A DNA stretch of 26,177 nucleotides from a virus (taxonomy: Duplodnaviria; Caudoviricetes): positions 1 to 26,177 of the IMG/VR virus record IMGVR_UViG_3300049142_000056; one strand, 5' to 3'. A program made the translations under genes and the position numbers. Shown here piece after piece: positions 1 through 6,967 of this stretch. A model generated the notes under the pieces. The model ran no database searches. It was not told the DNA's origin and saw only the letters and a list, made by a program, of their open reading frames with translations. Numbering within the stretch: the first letter of the stretch is position 1; each line of letters begins with the position of its first letter.

Positions 1-67
1 CCATTAGGGGGGTTCCCCCCAGGTATGATCTTGCTGTTTATGCAGCCAATGAATCGTTATTCATTGA

Positions 68-379
68 TCATGCGATTCCAGGATGACGCTCGGCCGGCCG
101 AGCGCGCCTCTCCCTCGGCCTCGCCCGCCTGGCAGCACCCGACTCGTCGGCCGTCTTCCTCTTGTGGTGCCACGTACACAGCACCTGGAGGTTGGCGTCG
201 TCGTGATCGAGCGGATCACCGATGTGGTCGACTTCAAGGTCTGTCGTCGCGGGACAGCGCGAGCCATCGCGCATTGTGCGCGTGCACTGGTGCCCGTCCC
301 TGGCGAGGATGCGGGGGCGCCGGCTGGAGGACCAGTCGCTGGGCAGCTGGGCCCGGCGGTCGCTGCTCGTCCAGGCCAT
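68..379 (-). CDS. HNH endonuclease (phage terminase/packaging-associated type)
   Basis: ILARDGHQC...C...EVDH...DANLQVLCTWHHKRKT motif; C-terminal ERHPG tail typical of actinophage packaging HNH proteins; overlaps the upstream stop codon (TGATG). Confidence 0.9.
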   Translation of the reverse strand: MAWTSSDRRAQLPSDWSSSRRPRILARDGHQCTRTMRDGSRCPATTDLEVDHIGDPLDHDDANLQVLCTWHHKRKTADESGAARRARPRERRARPAERHPGIA

Positions 380-612
380 CAGCCGCCTCCTCGCTCCTGC
401 TTGGCGTGGGTGGCGGGGTAGATGCCGGTGGCTCGCTTGTGGAGGAGGTTGCAGTAGCCCTCGGCCTGGCCCGGCATGTACTTCTCCAGGTGACGCACGC
501 AGCGGTCGAAGTCACCCGGCGTGCCCCAGCGGATCTTGGCCGCGCCGGCGCCCTTAGTCCAGTACTCACGCAGTTGCTCGGCGCCCCCGTCTCCAGGGTG
601 CATGTCTGCCAT
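379..612 (-). CDS. Conserved actinophage small protein (IRWGTPGDFDRC...GYC..LH domain), 77 aa
   Basis: GGAGG RBS 7 nt before the ATG at 612; MADMHPGDGG...KIRWGTPGDFDRCVRHLEKY...GYCNLLHKRATG; 3' part of track ORF 379..930. Confidence 0.75.
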   Translation of the reverse strand: MADMHPGDGGAEQLREYWTKGAGAAKIRWGTPGDFDRCVRHLEKYMPGQAEGYCNLLHKRATGIYPATHAKQERGGG

Positions 613-629
613 GGGTTCACCTCCGTAGT

Positions 630-1511
630 TCAGGCTGTCAGCGCCCGCCTTATGCCCTCTTCGAGGGTGATCTTGGGGTCGTAGAAGGCGAGCATCTTCT
701 TCGGGTCGCAGACGCGGTGGTGGACGCCTTGCGGCGCGCTCGGCAGGTGCTTGATGACGGGGCTGTATCCGGCGGCCTGCGTGACGTACCCGGCGAGCTC
801 GTCGAAGCTGACGGGCCGGCCCCAGCCGAGGTTGACTGGGCCGTGCACGTCCTGGTCGACGGCTGCGAGGGTCGCGCCGACGAGGTCGTCTATGTGGATC
901 CAGTCGCGCGTCGAGTCGCCGGCGCCCCACACCTCGAACGGGTCCTGCCGCTCCTTGGCGCGGCGGATGAACGCGGGGAACGGGTAGCTCTCATCCTGGT
1001 CCGCGCCATAGCCAGAGAATGGGCGGAGCACCGTCATGCGCGTGCCCTCAGCCTCGGCGTACTGACACAGCTGTTCACCAGTCAGCTTGGCGAGCCCGTA
1101 GCTGGCGTCGGGCCGTCCGGGCTGCTCGTAGTCGATGTCGTCCTCAACGAGCCGGTGGATCTCGCCGGGCTGCTGGAGAGCGACCGGGTAGGCGGCGGAG
1201 CTGCTGAAGAACACGGCGCGCGGCGCGCCCGAGCGGACCAGCCAGCGCATGTACCAGGCGTCCAGCGCCAGGTTCGTGGCCACGCCGAGCGGTGAACCGT
1301 CGATGCTGGCCCGACCGCCGACGATCGCCGCGCAGTGGATCGCGAGGTCGAACGGTGCCTCAGTCGTGCGGAAGTAGTCAAGGGCGTCGTAGCGGTTGAC
1401 GCCGGGCGTTGCCCTCAGGTCGATGGCGGTGACGTGGTCGCCCCGCTCCGACAGCGCACGGTGCAGGTGACGGCCGACGAAGCCAGCGGCGCCAGTCAGA
1501 AGGACTCGCAT
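630..1511 (-). CDS. NAD-dependent nucleotide-sugar epimerase/dehydratase (extended SDR)
   Basis: VLLTGAAGFVG Rossmann motif, FSSSAAY, catalytic YGLAK (YxxxK), LRPFSGYG, RDWIHIDD, LEEGIRR. Confidence 0.93.
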   Translation of the reverse strand: MRVLLTGAAGFVGRHLHRALSERGDHVTAIDLRATPGVNRYDALDYFRTTEAPFDLAIHCAAIVGGRASIDGSPLGVATNLALDAWYMRWLVRSGAPRAVFFSSSAAYPVALQQPGEIHRLVEDDIDYEQPGRPDASYGLAKLTGEQLCQYAEAEGTRMTVLRPFSGYGADQDESYPFPAFIRRAKERQDPFEVWGAGDSTRDWIHIDDLVGATLAAVDQDVHGPVNLGWGRPVSFDELAGYVTQAAGYSPVIKHLPSAPQGVHHRVCDPKKMLAFYDPKITLEEGIRRALTA

Positions 1512-2212
1512 CAATCCGCCTCGACGAGGGCTCGGAGCTTCTTCAGGTCGCTGTCGAGGCCGCCTTCGTCGCGGTAGGCGTAATACGCGGCGGAGTCGCC
1601 GCTGACCCGCTCCTGGCTATTGGCTTCCTCGTAGCCTTCATCGACTGGAGCCTTGCCCGCCGCAGGGTGCAGGTGCTCGATGACCATGTCGGGCAGGTAC
1701 GTGATCCGCTGCATGCCGACTCCCCAGTCCTTCCAGACCAGATCGACACAAAGGTGCACGAACACCGGGGGCGCCATGTAGCCGAGCGTGCTGACGATGT
1801 CGGCGGTCATGGCTACGGCGGTCGGCATCAGCTCGCCCTGAAGCAGGTCGTTGCCGTAGACGATGCCGGGCCCGCCGGACAGGCACTCACGGATACGCGC
1901 GTCCCAGGCGGCCGTGCGCGGCCGGTGATCGTCGCCCATGAACCCGAGGAACCGGTAGCTCTTGGCGGCCTTCGCGGCCTGCTGGTTGAGGGTGCCGACG
2001 AGGCGCCTGCGCTTGCCGTAGGCGAACCGGACGCGGCCGTCGGCCTTCAGCTTGGCGGCTTCCGCCTTGTACGCGGCGAGTTGCGGGTCGTCGGTGTCGA
2101 CGGCGAACAGCACGTCGGCCGTGGCGCCGGTCGCATCCCAGGCGGCCATGATCTCGGGGATGGCCTGCGGCCGGCCGCGGGTGGGGATGATGACGAGCAG
2201 GTCGTCGGCCAT
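1511..2212 (-). CDS. Glycosyltransferase, family 2-like (GT-A fold)
   Basis: N-terminal LVIIPTRGRP, DxD-like FMGDDH, late IEHLHP motif; GGAGG RBS before the ATG at 2212; translationally coupled to the epimerase. Confidence 0.8.
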   Translation of the reverse strand: MADDLLVIIPTRGRPQAIPEIMAAWDATGATADVLFAVDTDDPQLAAYKAEAAKLKADGRVRFAYGKRRRLVGTLNQQAAKAAKSYRFLGFMGDDHRPRTAAWDARIRECLSGGPGIVYGNDLLQGELMPTAVAMTADIVSTLGYMAPPVFVHLCVDLVWKDWGVGMQRITYLPDMVIEHLHPAAGKAPVDEGYEEANSQERVSGDSAAYYAYRDEGGLDSDLKKLRALVEAD

Positions 2213-2251
2213 GTGCGCCTCCGTTGGGGTGGGGAGGCGCACAGGGCGGCT

Positions 2252-2809
2252 CTACTTGATGGTCCACTGGCCCGTCTGGTCGGCGAAGCCGCTGTTCATC
2301 GAGAACTGAATCGTGGTGATCTTCGAGTCCTTGGGGACTTCGAAGACGATCCATCCGAGCGCCTTGTCTCCAGGCGCGATCTTCAATGCCGCCTCCATGG
2401 ACGGCCCCGCGGTGACTTCGCCGAACGTCGCATGGAAGCGCTGCCCTTGGCTGTCGGCGACCTGCGCCCCGTTGGTGGGGCTGTCGCTGTAGGCCGCGGC
2501 GCCACTGTTGGTGAGCTGGAACTGGGCGGCGACCCAGCGCTTGCCGTCGTCCGGCTTCATGAACTCGTTGGCGCTCTTCGCCGGGTCAACCCACTGCTTG
2601 ACCGTGACGTCGAGTCGCTCGCCCTTGAGGTTGCCCTTGACGGTGATGGTGTCGCCTACTGCGGCCTTCATGGCTGCGCTTGGGCCGGCCTTGGCTGTGG
2701 CGGTAGCCGAGGCTTTCTTGGCGGGTGTCGTGGTCACGGTGCTTCCCTGACAGGCCGTTGCTGTCAGGAGCGCGCCGGCGACCGCCAGTCCGCCGAGGAT
2801 TCTTCGCAT
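2252..2809 (-). CDS. DUF4352-like Ig-fold lipoprotein
   Basis: Signal peptide MRRILGGLAVAGALLTATA-C (lipobox), Thr/Ala linker, then VGDTITV...KRWVAAQFQLTN...D..GQRF...IAPGDKALGWIVFEVP. Confidence 0.85.
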   Translation of the reverse strand: MRRILGGLAVAGALLTATACQGSTVTTTPAKKASATATAKAGPSAAMKAAVGDTITVKGNLKGERLDVTVKQWVDPAKSANEFMKPDDGKRWVAAQFQLTNSGAAAYSDSPTNGAQVADSQGQRFHATFGEVTAGPSMEAALKIAPGDKALGWIVFEVPKDSKITTIQFSMNSGFADQTGQWTIK

Positions 2810-2926
2810 GGTGCCCCCAGGTGTTGCTGAGATGAGGGGAGCATTCTGCGACTGTCCAGGGTTCAACTGTGCCCGGTGTTGCCGGTTCGTGACGCACTGC
2901 GGACCGGTGGGGTACGTGGGGGCCTG

Positions 2927-3937
2927 TCAGGCGGTGGTGTTGTCGGTGACGAGGCCGAGGGCGGCGAGCGCGGCGAGCAGGGAGGCGTAGGCCGTTCCGT
3001 CGCCATGGGAGCCACTGACGACGGGCTTCGTGACGGCGGTCGCACCGTAGAACCCGGCGGTGCCGTTGGCGCCGTTGAGGAGGTGCCGCACGGATCCGTC
3101 GCCGCCGGTGATGTTGACCGGGCCGACCGAGTTGACGCCGGCCAGGAAGGCCGTGCCCTGCTCGATCGCGGCGAGCCGGTTGAAGATGTCGTCCAGGAAG
3201 CCGTTCAGCACGGTGACCGTGCCGGACAAGCTCGTGAGGTCTGTCGCCGTGGCTGCGCCGATCGCTGCCGGGGTGACGGGGTCGGAGCCGCCGGTGGCGT
3301 GGCTCGTCGCGTGTGCCGTCGGTGTACGGGAGTTCACCGTCGTCGGGTCGTCGCTCTTGAGGGCGATCGTCGGCCCGGCACCGGCGGCACCGAGTGGCGG
3401 CTGGGGTCCGGCCGGTCCGGTCGGCCCTGTCGCTCCGGCGGGGCCGGTTGCTCCAGTTGCCCCCGTGGCGCCTGTCGGTCCTGCGGGGCCCGTGTCGCCG
3501 GTGTCGCCTTTGGGGCCGGTGGCTCCTGTCGCGCCGGTCGGCCCTGCCGGGCCTGCGGGGCCGGGTACAGCGAGGTATTCGCCGGTGGACGGCTGGGAGA
3601 CGGGCGCCAGGTCGGCGAGCTCAACAGTGCCCATGCCGGCGGTCAGCAGGACCGGGTAGGAGCGGCCTGGTGCGTCGTAGGGCGCTTCGGTGACCCGGTA
3701 CGTCCAGCCGGTGGGGTTGATGCCGGTGGCGTCGCAGGCGAGGACGGTGAGGGTGAGGAGTCCGTTGACCCATTCGGCTCGCGCCTCGCCCATGACGATC
3801 AGCCCGTGGTCGGCTGAGGAGATCGCGTCGACTTCAGGCCGCAGGGTGAGCCGGCCGCGCATGGGGCCGCCGTCGGGGTGCTGGCGGGTGTCGACGATCG
3901 TGACCGTCTGGAGGCCTGGCGGGAGCGACACGGGCAC
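2927..3937 (-). CDS. Collagen-like (Gly-X-Y) protein, fiber/minor virion protein-like
   Basis: GTG start after GGAGG; N-terminal domain with [12 protein letters not shown] as in actinophage fiber proteins; 18 Gly-X-Y triplets; C-terminal [11 protein letters not shown]...LAALGLV. Confidence 0.8.
   Translation of the reverse strand: MPVSLPPGLQTVTIVDTRQHPDGGPMRGRLTLRPEVDAISSADHGLIVMGEARAEWVNGLLTLTVLACDATGINPTGWTYRVTEAPYDAPGRSYPVLLTAGMGTVELADLAPVSQPSTGEYLAVPGPAGPAGPTGATGATGPKGDTGDTGPAGPTGATGATGATGPAGATGPTGPAGPQPPLGAAGAGPTIALKSDDPTTVNSRTPTAHATSHATGGSDPVTPAAIGAATATDLTSLSGTVTVLNGFLDDIFNRLAAIEQGTAFLAGVNSVGPVNITGGDGSVRHLLNGANGTAGFYGATAVTKPVVSGSHGDGTAYASLLAALAALGLVTDNTTA
3401..3562 (-). repeat. Collagen-like triplet repeat ([12 protein letters not shown] etc., 18 triplets)
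   Basis: [54 protein letters not shown], residues 126-179 of the ORF. Confidence 0.9.
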
Positions 3938-3957
3938 CTCCAGACGGCGAGTTGGGG

Positions 3958-4066
3958 CCCGCTCCGGCCCGAGGGTGAAGTCGGCCGGAGCGGGGTGTCC
4001 CGCCGCCGTGAGCCCTGGGGAGGCGGCGGGACGTCGGGGCGCGAGCCTGGGGGTCGGGCGCCCCGA
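3958..4066 (-). other. Three consecutive GC-rich stem-loops in an intergenic leader
   Basis: Inverted repeats 3958-3969/3983-3994 (12 bp), 3997-4007/4022-4032 (11 bp) and 4034-4042/4058-4066 (9 bp). Confidence 0.7.
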
Positions 4067-4075
4067 GCTTGGGAG

Positions 4076-4297
4076 TCAGGCGGCGTGTGCGCCTTCGGGC
4101 AGCGGGGGCGGCTCACCGAGGTGCCGCTCGCCCCACTCGTCGACGGTGAGGCGCGGCAGTTCACGCAGGTCGTAGCGGACGCCTCTACCGTGGCCGTAGC
4201 GATGGATGCGGCCTTCGGAGGCCCATCGCCAGATCGTGCCGACGGGCCGTCCGGTGTAGTAGGCGGCGTCGGCTGCGGTGACGAGCTGGGGGTCCAT
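4076..4297 (-). CDS. Small helix-turn-helix DNA-binding protein (excisionase/MerR-like HTH), 73 aa
   Basis: MDPQLVTAADAAYYTGRPVGTIWRWASEGRI...VRYDLREL; start chosen at the ATG at 4297. Confidence 0.8.
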   Translation of the reverse strand: MDPQLVTAADAAYYTGRPVGTIWRWASEGRIHRYGHGRGVRYDLRELPRLTVDEWGERHLGEPPPLPEGAHAA

Positions 4298-4320
4298 GGA
4301 GGTCACCCCCAACATGCAGA

Positions 4321-4345
4321 AGGCCACCCGGTGTTCGGGTGGCCT
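4321..4345 (-). terminator. Hairpin, possible terminator/attenuator downstream of the putative late promoter
   Basis: Perfect 10-bp stem AGGCCACCCG/CGGGTGGCCT with 5-nt loop, followed on the minus strand by TCTGCATGTT. Confidence 0.55.
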
Positions 4346-4372
4346 CAGAGCGCAAGATTTCCAGATGAGCAC

Positions 4373-4402
4373 AGAGTGGCTTCGGTGATCGGCTTCTGTC
4401 AA
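4373..4402 (-). promoter_or_regulatory. Putative HrdB/sigma70-type promoter facing the late region
   Basis: Minus strand TTGACA (4402-4397) - 18 nt - CACTCT (4378-4373), in an intergenic gap of lower GC. Confidence 0.55.
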
Positions 4403-4421
4403 GCCAAACCGGCCATCGGCT

Positions 4422-4754
4422 CTAGGCGGATTCCGGCCGGGCCATCGCCCGGCACTCCTCAGCATGCGCCTGTGCCCAGTCGCGGGCGTCCCGCTCGGCG
4501 GCCTGAGGGTCTTTCACTTCCCACTGCGCAATGGTGCCGCGACGCATCCGCCAGTACGAGACCTCGATGGATGCCGAGCAGCCAGCGCAGGCGGCCCGGA
4601 TCAAGGGGCGGTCTGCGACGCTCCCGTCCGGGAAGTGGTGGGGCTTCTCAATGACGGCGAGATCGACTGTGGTCACGCCGTCGGCCACGCCTGCGACGGT
4701 GACGTACCGGGCGAGGATGCCCTCGGGCCAGGCGGTCTGCGATGCGGTAGTCAT
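4422..4754 (-). CDS. Hypothetical protein with CxxC...HxxxC putative zinc site
   Basis: AAGGAG RBS; ACAGC...WAQAHAEECRAM. Confidence 0.7.
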   Translation of the reverse strand: MTTASQTAWPEGILARYVTVAGVADGVTTVDLAVIEKPHHFPDGSVADRPLIRAACAGCSASIEVSYWRMRRGTIAQWEVKDPQAAERDARDWAQAHAEECRAMARPESA

Positions 4755-4765
4755 AGCGGGCTCCT

Positions 4766-4978
4766 TCAGTAGGCTGGGCCGTCGTATTCGACGGCGTAGA
4801 TCTGGGCGTCGGGGTTCTCGCGAGACGTGCGCAGTACGTCGGTGACGAGCGAGTCGATGCTGTTGGTCGAGTTGAAGCTGAGCAGGGCACCCGTGCGCTG
4901 GTCGTACAGCCGGTAGTGGATCTCGGTGAACTCCAGGCCGCGCTCAGGCAGCGGCCTGCCCTTCCAGATGTCAGCCAT
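4766..4978 (-). CDS. Hypothetical protein, 70 aa
   Basis: AAGGGG RBS, protein-like composition, fits the operon packing. Confidence 0.7.
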   Translation of the reverse strand: MADIWKGRPLPERGLEFTEIHYRLYDQRTGALLSFNSTNSIDSLVTDVLRTSRENPDAQIYAVEYDGPAY

Positions 4979-4987
4979 GGGGCCCCT

Positions 4988-5413
4988 TCAGCGCTGATTA
5001 CCGGTGGCCGCAGCGAGGATGTCGGCGTGATCGAATGCAAGCGGCGGCAGGTCATTGAGGGGCCACCAGCGGGCGGCGCGGGCGTCGGTTCCGGCCGTCA
5101 GGGCGGTACTGGCGGGCACCCGGGCGACGTAGGCGATGGTGACGTACCGGCCCCGCGGGTCACGGTCCGGCTGGTCGAAGACGCCGACCGGCAGCAGATC
5201 GGCCGAGGCTACGTGCACGCCAGCCTCCTCGTGCAGTTCACGGGCCGCTGCGCAGAGGGCAGTCTCCCCGCGGTCCACGTGACCGCCGGGCAGCGCCCAC
5301 ATGCCCTCGTGGGGCGGCCAACCACGTTCAATCAACAGCACATGGCCGTCCGGGGTGATGGCCACGACGTCGGCGGTGTAGCGGATGTTCTCGGGCGTCT
5401 CGGTGTCGGACAT
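4988..5413 (-). CDS. Nudix hydrolase (ADP-ribose pyrophosphatase/AICE Pif-like)
   Basis: Intact Nudix box GGHVDRGETALCAAARELHEEAGV; PDRDPRGRYVTIAY and LAFDHADIL motifs. Confidence 0.92.
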   Translation of the reverse strand: MSDTETPENIRYTADVVAITPDGHVLLIERGWPPHEGMWALPGGHVDRGETALCAAARELHEEAGVHVASADLLPVGVFDQPDRDPRGRYVTIAYVARVPASTALTAGTDARAARWWPLNDLPPLAFDHADILAAATGNQR

Positions 5414-5473
5414 GACGGTCTCCTCAGAGGCTGATGCGGGAGCGGCCGAAGCCGCGGACGGCGGAAGTGTGGT

Positions 5474-5701
5474 TCACCAGTCGACGCTGCCTGGGCCGTT
5501 GTCCTTCTCGTAGCGGTCCCAGAAGCGGGCGCCGCGTTCCTTGCTAGCCCGCTCGGCGTCCCGCCAGCCCTCCTTCATGGCGGCATCAACGCGCCCTCGG
5601 TATTCGCGCTGCTTACGGTCGGCGCGGGATTCCCGGCGCTGCGGCTGCACATCGGCGCCGGGGGTGTCGGACTTCGGATACTTCGGGGTGAACAGGCCCA
5701 T
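5474..5701 (-). CDS. Small hypothetical protein starting MGLF, 75 aa
   Basis: AAGGA RBS; MGLFTPKYPKSD...; 3' part of track ORF 5474..6181. Confidence 0.7.
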   Translation of the reverse strand: MGLFTPKYPKSDTPGADVQPQRRESRADRKQREYRGRVDAAMKEGWRDAERASKERGARFWDRYEKDNGPGSVDW

Positions 5702-5703
5702 GA

Positions 5704-6051
5704 CTACTTTTCCTTTGACTCCTGCATCTCCTGCCACATGCCCATGAGCATGCGGAGGCAGATGACGACGACGATCAGGGCGACACAGAGGACGGCCGCG
5801 ACGACGGCGAGGCCGAGGATGAACAGCAGCACGATCCCGACGACCGCGATGAGCGCCATGACGCCGAGGCAGCCGGCGCCGAGGTAGGCGCCCCACGGCC
5901 GGACGGGAATAGCCTGCTGCGGGGGGACGGGCGACGGGTCGCGGTAGGCGTACAGAGGCTGGCCGTCGTTGCCGATGCCGATCTGCGTGACGACGGCGAG
6001 GGGCTGCTGCCCGGCCTCGATGGTCGGGCGCTGGCCGGGCAGCGGGGACAT
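5704..6051 (-). CDS. SpdD-like membrane spread protein
   Basis: Pro/Gln-rich N-terminus, then a long hydrophobic stretch (GAGCLGVMALIAVVGIVLLFILGLAVVAAVLCVALIVVVICLRML) resembling Streptomyces SpdD; lies downstream of traB; GGAGG RBS. Confidence 0.6.
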   Translation of the reverse strand: MSPLPGQRPTIEAGQQPLAVVTQIGIGNDGQPLYAYRDPSPVPPQQAIPVRPWGAYLGAGCLGVMALIAVVGIVLLFILGLAVVAAVLCVALIVVVICLRMLMGMWQEMQESKEK

Positions 6052-6056
6052 GGTGG

Positions 6057-6245
6057 TCAGTCCTCCTGCGACGTGTAGTCGACGCTGCGGGCGAGGATGG
6101 CCATGGCGACGCGCTGCGAGTCGGCGCCGGCCCGGTCGCACAGGCGGTCGGCGGGGCCGCTGTCGTTCTTGGCGATGGCACGTGCGGCGTGGTCGATCTC
6201 AGCGCTGGAGGCGATGACTTCGGTCTTGCGGTTGAACAGGCCCAT
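6057..6245 (-). CDS. Small hypothetical protein starting MGLF, 62 aa
   Basis: AAGGAG RBS, ATG; MGLFNRKTEV... Confidence 0.75.
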   Translation of the reverse strand: MGLFNRKTEVIASSAEIDHAARAIAKNDSGPADRLCDRAGADSQRVAMAILARSVDYTSQED

Positions 6246-6257
6246 GACGGGCTCCTT

Positions 6258-6410
6258 TCATTTGACGACCATGTGGTCGGGATGGCCGTTGATCATGTGG
6301 TCGACGCACTCGGGGCAGTCCTCGCGCGGTGCCAGGCGGGCATGGACGCGGCGGCTGTCGTGGGCGTGCTGCCAGCACTGGCGGCACTCGCCTCGCGGTG
6401 CGAGGCGCAT
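6258..6410 (-). CDS. Small Cys/His zinc-binding protein (pRL2-8-like), 50 aa, not in ORF track
   Basis: Hand translation: MRLAPRGECRQCWQHAHDSRRVHARLAPREDCPECVDHMINGHPDHMVVK; two CxxCxxH motifs; TGATG overlap with the upstream gene. Confidence 0.75.
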   Translation of the reverse strand: MRLAPRGECRQCWQHAHDSRRVHARLAPREDCPECVDHMINGHPDHMVVK

Positions 6411-6673
6411 CAGAGCCAGCTGCGCCGCGTGGCCCGGTCGACGGCCTTCTGCTTCTTCGCCTCGAACCGGGCCCGATCGCGGGCTGCGGCGGCGGCCTCA
6501 CGGATCTCGCGCTTCTCCGCCTCACGGATCCGGGCGCGCTCGATGGTGCGGTCGATGCGGCGCTCTTCGGCTGGCGTCAGGTGACCGCCGCGGCGAAGAC
6601 CGGCCCACAGACCAGTGCCGAGGATCTTCGCGAGTTCGCGGTGGTTGATGTCGTCACGGTCGTTGATCGGCAT
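6410..6673 (-). CDS. Hypothetical helical basic protein, 87 aa
   Basis: GAGGAG RBS; coiled-coil-like C-terminal half ending RRSWL. Confidence 0.7.
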   Translation of the reverse strand: MPINDRDDINHRELAKILGTGLWAGLRRGGHLTPAEERRIDRTIERARIREAEKREIREAAAAARDRARFEAKKQKAVDRATRRSWL

Positions 6674-6675
6674 GG

Positions 6676-6792
6676 CTACTTCTCCTCGTCGGTGGGCGTG
6701 GTCGGCTGCGGCAGGCGCATGGAGAAGGTGACGGTGAAGTCGCCGTCGTCCTCCATCTCGATGTCGCTGCCGGTTTGCGGATTGGCGGGCAT
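6676..6792 (-). CDS. Small acidic protein, 38 aa
   Basis: AGGAGGA RBS, ATG; MPANPQTGSDIEMEDDGDFTVTFSMRLPQPTTPTDEEK. Confidence 0.5.
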   Translation of the reverse strand: MPANPQTGSDIEMEDDGDFTVTFSMRLPQPTTPTDEEK

Positions 6793-6849
6793 GGCGGTCC
6801 TCCTGGAGGTGGTGGGTGATGCGCGGAAGTGCCGTTTCGGGGGGCTTGA

Positions 6850-6967
6850 TGAGGTGATGGCGAGGCGCCTCACCTCCTCACCAGATCGCCGTTTGCGCAG
6901 GTCACGGCCGGTGGGGCGGCTTGGTGGGGCAGTTGGTGGAAAGTCACCGCCCCACCCGAGCCTCACC
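6850..6967. repeat. Cluster of 8-bp repeats at the 3' end of traB; candidate clt (cis-acting locus of transfer)
   Basis: GCCYCACC or its complement GGTGRGGC at 6867, 6910, 6923, 6949 and 6960, plus a 7-bp CCTCACC at 6876. Confidence 0.5.

Noticed and set aside
1667-3817. Long plus-strand ORFs 1667..2830, 2876..3817 and 3060..3659
   Set aside because: Antisense to the well-supported GT, lipoprotein and collagen genes; the GPV/GPA repeats are the mirror of the collagen codons.
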